16,918 bases of DNA from an uncultured bacterium (GTDB taxonomy: Bacteria; UBP14; UBA6098; B30-G16), in assembly GCA_965552135.1 (NCBI GenBank), contig CBEVQY010000041.1:1-16918 (forward strand), in the 5' to 3' direction. Below are positions 1 through 6,537 of the stretch, piece by piece. The notes beneath the pieces are model-generated. The model saw nothing but the letters and a program-made list of their open reading frames with translations, ran no database searches and was not told the DNA's origin. Numbering within the stretch: position 1 is the stretch's first letter; each line of letters starts with the position of its first letter. A program made the translations under genes and the position numbers.

Positions 1-191
1 CACCACGTTGCCCAGAAGTTCAGCACGACGACCTTTCCGCGAAGCTCCGAGAGGCTTATCGTTGATCCGTCGACTGTGGGGAGTGTGAAGTCGGGCGCCT
101 GCGTGTTGACGCCGAACTTACCCGAAGATCCGCCCCCCGAGCAACCCCAGAGGATGGCTGCAGCTAGGGCAAATGCAAAAAACCTCCTCAT
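1..191 (-). CDS. TlpA/ResA-family thiol-disulfide oxidoreductase lipoprotein, partial (runs off the left edge)
   Basis: Not in the ORF track. Hand translation from ATG at 191: [63 protein letters not shown](C). It has a lipobox-like LWG-C at Cys17, and APDFTL...[18 protein letters not shown] is the typical TlpA/redoxin N-terminus. The start overlaps the thioredoxin stop (ATGA, 191-188). Confidence 0.93.
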   Translation of the reverse strand, partial: MRRFFAFALAAAILWGCSGGGSSGKFGVNTQAPDFTLPTVDGSTISLSELRGKVVVLNFWATW

Positions 192-517
192 CCCCTAAGC
201 ACCTCGTCTATTTTCTGCGCAAGTGCTTCGAACGAAACGGCGCCGACTACGGAGCTTACGGGCGCGCCGTCGCGGAAGATTATAAGCGTCGGTATGCTCA
301 TGACCTGATAGGACGACGCTGCCACTGGGCTTTCGTCGACGTTGACCTTGCAGACCTTAAGTCTCCCCGCGTATTCCTTCGCCACCTGCTCGACCACCGG
401 AGCAACCATCTTGCACGGCGCGCACCAGTCGGCGTAAAAGTCAACAAGCACAGGAAGCTTCGAGCTTAAAACCTTCTCCTTGAAGTCGCTGTCGCTGGCG
501 TGGATCACCTCTGACAT
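188..517 (-). CDS. trxA: Thioredoxin
   Basis: 109 aa with [18 protein letters not shown] active site, KVNVDE and SIPTL cis-Pro motif. A GGAGGT Shine-Dalgarno lies 6 nt upstream of the ATG, inside the 3' end of the glycosyltransferase. Confidence 0.96.
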   Translation of the reverse strand: MSEVIHASDSDFKEKVLSSKLPVLVDFYADWCAPCKMVAPVVEQVAKEYAGRLKVCKVNVDESPVAASSYQVMSIPTLIIFRDGAPVSSVVGAVSFEALAQKIDEVLRG

Positions 518-1671
518 CGCGACACCTCCATCGACTTGTACAAAACCTCCTCGATACTCAGGACAATTTTATCCCAGCTCAGGCGTTCCACAACAAATTT
601 TCTCGAGCTTTGGGCAAGGGAGCTTAGTTTTTTTTCGTCGAGGAGGGTGTATATCTTTTCCGCCACGGCTTCGGGGGAATTTTCCCTGACGCCGATTGCA
701 GCGCCGGCTTGCTCGAGGGTCGAAAACTGCCTGTGGTGGGTTATCACCGACGGTACGCCGCAGGCTGCCGCATGGTTCACCTTGACCTGCCAGCAGTACG
801 GCGAAACCCGCTCGTCCATAAGGGCGAGCATGACGTCGTGCGCGGCTATGTAGCTGGGGCTTTCGTCGAGGGGGAGGGGGGATTTCACGAGGAACCTTTC
901 GCGGTGGCGGCTTTTTTGAACCAGCGCTTTGACGTTGCCAAGCTCCGGCCCTGAGCCACCGATGAAGAAGCGCACGTCGTCCCTTTCGTCGGCGATAAGC
1001 TCCAGCGCCCTTACCGCAACGTCGAGGACGTGCCAGGGGTACATCGAGCCTATGTAGCCCACCCAGAACGCCTTTTCCGGCTTGAGCCCCAGCGTGCTTC
1101 GGAGGAGGCGCTTGTCCCGCGCCGGGGCAAATCGCGCCGCATCGACCCCGTTTGGGATGTGGACGAACCTTTCGCGCGGAATGTTGTATCGCCGGCAGAG
1201 GTAGTCGCCTATCGCCTCGGTCACGACGATGTTCGCGCGGGCTTGCCTGAGGCGGTGCTGGAGGGTGAACCTGTCGTCGTACATAAAAAGCGTTTTCGTC
1301 CATGGTTTTTTCGAAAGGGGTACTTCTGCGTGCAGCAGTCCGTTGTGTTCGATTACGATGGGCGCGCCCCTTTGCGCTGCACGGTCAACAACCGCCGAGG
1401 CGGTCAGGAAATCCCGAAGGTAGAGGATGTCGAATTCGAGCTTGCCAAGTTTTTTCGCTGCTTTTCTGTCGAAGGCTGGTGCGATGCGACCGCCCACGCG
1501 CAGGACTTCGACGCCCTCTGGGAGCTTGCGCCCGCCGTCGCCTCGGCATATCAGGGTGACCCTGTGACCGCGCCTGGCGAGTCCGCCAACTACCTGCAGT
1601 ATGTGCTCCGTTGCGGCGGAGTTTGCGCCAAGGTCGGCGTAAGCCACGTATGCGATGGCGAGTTTCCGCAT
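505..1671 (-). CDS. Glycosyltransferase family 4 (GT-B fold) protein
   Basis: 388 aa with GLARRGHRVTLI, IPNGVD..RF, YIGSMYPWH.LD, IGGSGPE, AAACGVPSV and a C-terminal SWDKIV. This is the standard GT4 motif order. The usual E-x7-E acidic pair is not clearly conserved (QVKVNHAAACG). Confidence 0.9.
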   Translation of the reverse strand: MRKLAIAYVAYADLGANSAATEHILQVVGGLARRGHRVTLICRGDGGRKLPEGVEVLRVGGRIAPAFDRKAAKKLGKLEFDILYLRDFLTASAVVDRAAQRGAPIVIEHNGLLHAEVPLSKKPWTKTLFMYDDRFTLQHRLRQARANIVVTEAIGDYLCRRYNIPRERFVHIPNGVDAARFAPARDKRLLRSTLGLKPEKAFWVGYIGSMYPWHVLDVAVRALELIADERDDVRFFIGGSGPELGNVKALVQKSRHRERFLVKSPLPLDESPSYIAAHDVMLALMDERVSPYCWQVKVNHAAACGVPSVITHHRQFSTLEQAGAAIGVRENSPEAVAEKIYTLLDEKKLSSLAQSSRKFVVERLSWDKIVLSIEEVLYKSMEVSRCQR

Positions 1672-1678
1672 CCACCAA

Positions 1679-1706
1679 AAACTATGCAGAAGAAGCCCCG
1701 CGTCAA
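1679..1706 (-). promoter_or_regulatory. Putative sigma70-type promoter for the GT4-trxA-tlpA string
   Basis: The minus strand reads TTGACG-N16-TAGTTT, ending 7 nt before the GT4 ATG at 1671. Confidence 0.4.
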
Positions 1707-1798
1707 GTGGATGGGCTTTGCGCCGTTTTTCGAAAATCGTCTTGCCCGCAGTCGAAAGAGGCTTATTTTATCTTGTCGTTCCTTACGGAGGTTTAGTT

Positions 1799-3112
1799 GT
1801 GGCGGTGACGTTTAGAGGCGGAGTTCACCCACCGGAGGGGAAGCACTACACGCGGGGCGTGCCCATCGAGGTTTTGCCCGCGCCGGAGGTGGTTTACGTT
1901 CCGCTTTCGCAGCACGCCGGAGCGCCGGCGAAGCCTTTGGTCAAAAGGGGCGATACGGTAAAGCTTGGGCAGAGGATCGGCGAGGCCTGTGGGTTTATCT
2001 CGGCGAACATCCACTCGCCCGTTTCGGGCAAGGTCAGGGGCGTTGAGGATGTGCCCCATTTCCTCGGCGGCTTTTCTCCTGCTGTCGTCATCGAGAACGA
2101 CGGCGCCGACACCCCCGCCTGCGAGCTTGAACCACATCCCAACTGGGAGGAGCTTCCGCCGGAGCAGTTCCCGAAGATAGCCGCCTGCGCGGGCTTGGTC
2201 GGCATGGGGGGAGCGATGTTCCCCACAAGCGTCAAGCTCTCGCCGCCGCAGGACAAGCCAATAGACACCGTCATAATAAACGGCGCCGAGTGCGAGCCGT
2301 TCCTCACAGCCGACCACAGGCTCATGCTCGAGTACCCGGAGCACATAGTCGAGGGCGCGCTTATGATAAAGCGCGCTTTGAGCGCGAAGAGGCTTGTCGT
2401 CGCCATCGAGGACAACAAGCCCGACGCGCTGGAGGCGATGCGCAAGGCGTGCTCCGGCAGAGACGTGGAGGTTGTTGCGCTTAAGACGAAGTACCCGCAG
2501 GGCGCGGAGAAGCAGCTTATCAAGGCGATAACCGGTCGTGAGGTTCCCAGCGGCGGTCTGCCCTTCGACGTTGGCTGCTACGTCCAGAACGTTGGCACTG
2601 CGAAGGCTTTGCGCGACGCGGTCGTTGATGGGAAGCCCCTTGTGGAGCGCGTCACCACGGTCACCGGGCTTGCCGTCGCGCAGCCCAAAAACCTGCTCGT
2701 CCGAATAGGAACGCCTATAGCAAGGCTCCTTGAAGCTTGCGGGGGTGCGAAGGAGGATGTCGGAAAGGTCATAATGGGCGGCCCGATGATGGGTCTTGCC
2801 CAGTGGTCGCTCGATGTGCCCGTGACGAAGGGGACAAGTGGGGTCCTTTTCGTCCCGCGCAGGGACGTAAAGCCGCTTCCTGAGGGCAACTGCATCTCTT
2901 GCGCCAGGTGCGTCGATGTGTGTCCTATGCGGCTTATGCCGACGCAGATCGCCCACGCGGCGAAGCACGAGCGCTTTGAGCTTGCAAAGTCCCTTGGCGC
3001 CCTCGACTGCATCGAGTGCGGAAGCTGCGCATACGTCTGCCCGGCGAACGTTAAGCTTTTGCACTACATCCGCTGGGCGAAAAGCGAGATAAGAAAGGCA
3101 AGCAGGAAATAG
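1799..3112 (+). CDS. rnfC: Rnf/Rsx electron transport complex subunit C (NADH/FMN-binding, 2x[4Fe-4S])
   Basis: Motifs TFRGGVHP, PLSQHAGAPA, IHSPVSGKV, GLVGMGGAMFPT, INGAECEPFLTAD, KYPQGAEKQLI, MGGPMMG, and ferredoxin motifs CISCARCVDVCP and CIECGSCAYVCP. Start reassigned from 1655 to GTG 1799: GGAGG at 1787-1791, family similarity begins there, and it avoids overlap with the divergent GT4. This gives 437 aa. Confidence 0.94.
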   Translation: MAVTFRGGVHPPEGKHYTRGVPIEVLPAPEVVYVPLSQHAGAPAKPLVKRGDTVKLGQRIGEACGFISANIHSPVSGKVRGVEDVPHFLGGFSPAVVIENDGADTPACELEPHPNWEELPPEQFPKIAACAGLVGMGGAMFPTSVKLSPPQDKPIDTVIINGAECEPFLTADHRLMLEYPEHIVEGALMIKRALSAKRLVVAIEDNKPDALEAMRKACSGRDVEVVALKTKYPQGAEKQLIKAITGREVPSGGLPFDVGCYVQNVGTAKALRDAVVDGKPLVERVTTVTGLAVAQPKNLLVRIGTPIARLLEACGGAKEDVGKVIMGGPMMGLAQWSLDVPVTKGTSGVLFVPRRDVKPLPEGNCISCARCVDVCPMRLMPTQIAHAAKHERFELAKSLGALDCIECGSCAYVCPANVKLLHYIRWAKSEIRKASRK

Positions 3113-3129
3113 CCCTCGGAGGGAGTTTT

Positions 3130-3894
3130 ATGAAGGGCGTCGTGCTGGCAGGCGGACTGGGAAAAAGGCTCTACCCGCTCACAAAGATAACGAACAAGCA
3201 CCTCTTGCCCGTCTACGACGAGCCTATGATATACTATCCGATAAAGGCTCTGGTCGAGGCAGGGATAGAGGACATAATGATAGTCTGCGGCGGAAACCAC
3301 GCTGGGGAGTTTCTCAGGCTTTTGGGCAACGGCAAGGAGTTCGGGCTCAAGCATCTGAACTACACCTATCAGGAGCGCGAGGGCGGCATAGCCGAGGCTT
3401 TGGGGCTTTGCGAGCACTTCGTCGACGGCGATAAAGTCGTCGTCTTTCTGGGCGACAACATCATCGGCGAGTCCCTCGCGCCGATCGTCGAGGAGTTCGA
3501 GAGGCAGGGCGACGGCGCAAGGATCCTCCTCAAAGAGGTCGACGACCCCACTGACTACGGCGTCGCAAGGTTCGACGAGAATGGGAATATCGTCGAGATA
3601 ATCGAAAAGCCCGAGGTCCCCCCATCGAAGTTCGCCGTGGTCGGGATATACATGTACGACTCCACCGTTTTCGACATCATAAAGACGCTTGAGCCCTCCG
3701 AGCGCGGTGAGCTTGAGATCACCGACGTCAACAACGCCTACCTAAGGCGCGGCAAGCTCAGGTACTCTATCCTGAAGGGCTTTTGGGCTGACGCGGGCGC
3801 CTCGATAGAGGCGTACTATCAGACGGTGAAGGTTGTGAGGGAGTTCAAGCTCAAGGGGGCGGATTCTTTGAGTTTGCCTGTGCGTCAGCGGTAG
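3130..3894 (+). CDS. Sugar-1-phosphate nucleotidyltransferase, short glucose-1-phosphate thymidylyltransferase (RmlA/SpsI-like)
   Basis: 254 aa with LAGGLGKRLYPLT, NKHLLPVYDEPMIYYP, LGDNI, YGVA, EKP, SERGELEITDVN and W.DAG. An SD-like GGAGGGAG lies upstream, and the gene starts 17 nt after the rnfC stop. Confidence 0.92.
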   Translation: MKGVVLAGGLGKRLYPLTKITNKHLLPVYDEPMIYYPIKALVEAGIEDIMIVCGGNHAGEFLRLLGNGKEFGLKHLNYTYQEREGGIAEALGLCEHFVDGDKVVVFLGDNIIGESLAPIVEEFERQGDGARILLKEVDDPTDYGVARFDENGNIVEIIEKPEVPPSKFAVVGIYMYDSTVFDIIKTLEPSERGELEITDVNNAYLRRGKLRYSILKGFWADAGASIEAYYQTVKVVREFKLKGADSLSLPVRQR

Positions 3895-4161
3895 CTATAC
3901 AATGCCTGCTGGTTTGGTTTGCGCGGGGGTTGGGACTGCGTTGGGCTTTGGGATGGGAGGGCTCGCCAGCGGGGCAGGATGAAAAGGGCGCGCCCCAAAG
4001 GCGAATAGGCGACAGAAAGCGAAGAGAAACTCTCCGAAGGCGAAGAGGCACCGAGGATAAAAGTGGGCATCCGCCCGAAAGTGGAGGGACGCTCCCTCTC
4101 GAAAACGAAAGGCTATCCATCCCGAAATGATCCCTTGCGAACTGAGGGTCGTTCACCGAAC

Positions 4162-4193
4162 AAAAAGGCGCCCACCCCAGACGGGTGGACGCC
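4162..4193 (-). terminator. Rho-independent terminator of the LVIVD/CTD gene
   Basis: Minus strand GGCGTCCACCC-GTCTG-GGGTGGGCGCC-TTTTT: an 11-bp stem with one G-U pair followed by a U-tract, about 30 nt after the stop at 4223. Confidence 0.85.
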
Positions 4194-4222
4194 GACCCCA
4201 AGCGCCTGCGTGCACAGCACCG

Positions 4223-6358
4223 TTACTTCACAAGCATCAGCCGCTCCCTCACCTTTGCGTCTGGCGTTGTGAGCACGGCGAAGTACGTTCCTGACGGTAC
4301 GTCGCTTGCGTCCCAGCGCAGGGCGTACGTTCCCGCGGGGAGCCTGTCGTGGATCAGCGTCTCCACCGCCTTGCCGCGGACGTCGTATATCGTCAGGTCG
4401 ACCTCGGTCCTTGTGGGGATGGTGAACTCGATCTTCGTCTGCGCGTTGAACGGGTTCGGGAACGCGCCGCCTATCGTCACGGCGCTCGGCGCGCCGGGCG
4501 AGCGCTTCGCAAGCGCACCCTCAACCTCAAGCCGATAGATGTAAATCCCGAAGTATTGATCCACGCCGTAGATGTAATCGCCGTCGGCGTAGATGTGCGT
4601 CCAGTATCCGCTTCTGGGCAGCTCCGCGACAAGCTCAACCTCGGGCAGGGAGGAGATATCAAACACCTTGCATCCACCCTGACCGTCGGAGAGGAACGCA
4701 TAATCGCCCCACACGGCTATGTCCGTTCCCCACACCGTTGGGTAGCTCTGCACGAACCTTGGTTCGACGGGGTCGCTAACGTCTATTATGGTGAGTCCCT
4801 GTGGACCATCGGCTGCGAGGAGGTACTTCCCGCACAGCGCGATGCCGTTGCCGCCGTCCTGGCTTGTGCGGATGTAGCTTAAAAGGCGTGGCATGCCCGA
4901 CGAGAGGTCGTAGATGTGGTATCCGCCGTGGTAGTCGGAGGCGAAGAGGAGCTCTCCGCGGAAGGCGAGGTCGCAGAACTGCGCCGTGCCGTCGTAAAGC
5001 GAATACCCATCCTCAAGGTCGACGCCGTTCGTGCGCATAAGCACTATCCCCTCGCTGCCGAGGCTTACGGCGCAGTAGCCGTCGCCGAAGACGATCTCAC
5101 CTATCGGGTCGAGCTTGTCGACGTGGGCGACGGGGTATTCCGCCTGCCAGTCGCCATCGGGGCTGTAGCGCTCGATGAGGATGTTGCTCGCAAGGTCCTC
5201 CCTTGCGCCGAGCACGTAGATGTATCCCTCGTGCTCCGCCACAGCCCAAACCGACTGGAGCTTTTCGAGCCCGAATGTGGTTTCGACCTGCGGGTAGCGC
5301 GGCTCGGTTAGGTCGAGCACCACAACGCCCGATTTGCCGGCGGCAACGTAAAGCCTCCCCTGTGTGAGGCAGGCTCGACGCGGAACGTCGTAGGTCTCGA
5401 TGCGACCAAGCTCCTTGGGGCTCTCAACGTCCTCGATGTCGAACACCGAAAGACCGCGGTAGCTGTTGGCAAGATAGATTACGTCGTCCTTGAGCACGCA
5501 GTCGACGGTGGGCATGTCGGGCAGGTTCCACACAAGCTTCGGGTCCTTGTATCCCTCCTCAAGGCGGTAGATGGCGAAGTTAGCCATTCCGCCCGCAAAA
5601 ACGACATCGTCGCGGACCTTTGCCACCATCGGCGAGCGGAACGGAAAGCTGAAGAGATGCTTTTTGAAAAGCGATGGTTCGTCTGGCTTGGGCTCGTCGA
5701 GGCGACCGTAGAGGATGATGTCTTTGTATGCCTTCACGACGGTGTATACTCCGGGCTGAGATCCCTGGAAGAAGATCTGGTGCGGGTTGGGGACGAAGAA
5801 TGCGCCCAAGCCGAGCTTTCCGGCTGCGACGAAGATCCTGTGGTTGTGGTAGTCGAGCTTCATCGGGGCGCCGTTTAGCTGCACGTATCCCAGAAGCGAC
5901 GGCGCCGTGGGGTCAGAGACGTCGACGGATGCGATGAAGTTTGCGCCGCCAAGGTAGACGACCTCGCCGTCAAGGTCCATCGTGGTAAACGACCTGAATC
6001 GATCGTCGGCTGCGGCGGGGAACCTGCCCAAAAGCCGAGGAGCGTACCTGTCGGATATGTCGTATATCTCAAGCCCCTCCCTTTCCCACAGCGCGAAAAG
6101 CCTTCCCGCGCTGACGGAAAGCGCCTTAAGTTTGCTTGAGTGCCCTTCGATGGTCCCCATAAGCTGCGGGAAGTCGCGCTGATAGATGTTGTATATGTTC
6201 AGCGCTGCGCCAACGCCGGCGTAGACGACCTGACCGTCGGTGTTGACCGCCTCGGTGGGGCACATGTCGAATCTGGAGATGCGCACAAGCTGGGCATCGG
6301 CGAAGCAAAGCCCCGCCAACGCCAAAACCAACGCCGCGACCAAAACTTTTCCCCTCAT
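4223..6358 (-). CDS. Secreted LVIVD-repeat beta-propeller protein with a T9SS type-A/FlgD-like C-terminal sorting domain
   Basis: Start placed at ATG 6358 (GGAGGT upstream; the track start at 6373 overlaps this SD). Signal peptide MRGKVLVAALVLALAGLCFA. Repeats include GLEIYDISD..P, IASVDVSDPTAP, GLSVFDIEDVESP, GVVVLDLTEPRYP and GLTIIDVSDPVEP. The C-terminus reads AFPNPFNAQTKIEF...LTIYDVRGKAV.TL...AGTY..RWDAS..PSGTYFAVL...RLMLVK. Confidence 0.9.
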   Translation of the reverse strand: MRGKVLVAALVLALAGLCFADAQLVRISRFDMCPTEAVNTDGQVVYAGVGAALNIYNIYQRDFPQLMGTIEGHSSKLKALSVSAGRLFALWEREGLEIYDISDRYAPRLLGRFPAAADDRFRSFTTMDLDGEVVYLGGANFIASVDVSDPTAPSLLGYVQLNGAPMKLDYHNHRIFVAAGKLGLGAFFVPNPHQIFFQGSQPGVYTVVKAYKDIILYGRLDEPKPDEPSLFKKHLFSFPFRSPMVAKVRDDVVFAGGMANFAIYRLEEGYKDPKLVWNLPDMPTVDCVLKDDVIYLANSYRGLSVFDIEDVESPKELGRIETYDVPRRACLTQGRLYVAAGKSGVVVLDLTEPRYPQVETTFGLEKLQSVWAVAEHEGYIYVLGAREDLASNILIERYSPDGDWQAEYPVAHVDKLDPIGEIVFGDGYCAVSLGSEGIVLMRTNGVDLEDGYSLYDGTAQFCDLAFRGELLFASDYHGGYHIYDLSSGMPRLLSYIRTSQDGGNGIALCGKYLLAADGPQGLTIIDVSDPVEPRFVQSYPTVWGTDIAVWGDYAFLSDGQGGCKVFDISSLPEVELVAELPRSGYWTHIYADGDYIYGVDQYFGIYIYRLEVEGALAKRSPGAPSAVTIGGAFPNPFNAQTKIEFTIPTRTEVDLTIYDVRGKAVETLIHDRLPAGTYALRWDASDVPSGTYFAVLTTPDAKVRERLMLVK

Positions 6359-6390
6359 CCTGCTGACCTCCATTTACATCAACTATATAC

Positions 6391-6418
6391 AATATACGCC
6401 ATTGCGGCGTTATTTCAA
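6391..6418 (-). promoter_or_regulatory. Putative sigma70-type promoter for the LVIVD/CTD gene
   Basis: Minus strand TTGAAA-N16-TATATT in an AT-rich patch. The spacer contains a small inverted repeat, ACGCC-N5-GGCGT (6396-6410). Confidence 0.5.
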
Positions 6419-6477
6419 GGGGGTTGAGGAAAATTTTTTGTGGTGCGTTTCGCTGGCGCCGCCCGGACGAAAGCGGT

Positions 6478-6506
6478 TTGCAAGAAGCGTTTTGTGTTTG
6501 TAGATT
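6478..6506 (+). promoter_or_regulatory. Putative sigma70-type promoter for the giant surface protein
   Basis: TTGCAA-N17-TAGATT, followed by GGAGG (6526-6530) 7 nt before ATG 6538. Confidence 0.55.
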
Positions 6507-6537
6507 AAAATCCTTGGAGCTTTTCGGAGGGGTGAGT

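Noticed and set aside
620..885. Homopolymer runs in the GT4 gene (T run near 628-635, G-rich run near 870-881) as phase-variation tracts
   Set aside because: They are short or interrupted, encode ordinary Lys/Pro codons, and leave the frame intact.
1655..1798. 48-aa N-terminal extension of RnfC given in the ORF track
   Set aside because: It overlaps the divergent GT4 start and promoter region. The SD and family similarity point to GTG 1799.
1793..3064. 423-aa antisense ORF over rnfC
   Set aside because: It is a codon-aligned antisense shadow of a well-conserved gene with no protein-like features.
3895..4222. tRNA, tmRNA, SRP, RNase P or 6S RNA in the intergenic gap
   Set aside because: I saw no cloverleaf or T-loop, RNase P or SRP signature motifs, or single long 6S-like rod on either strand.
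3851..4272. Small ORFs in the gap after the nucleotidyltransferase (3851-4201 -, 3885-4070 -, 3930-4130 +, 4063-4272 +)
   Set aside because: Their composition is biased, they show no motifs, and two run across the terminator hairpin.
505..6373. Identical peptide MEVSR at the GT4 C-terminus and at the track's N-terminus of the LVIVD protein
   Set aside because: Both are simply translations of an ATGGAGGT Shine-Dalgarno region upstream of a true start codon.
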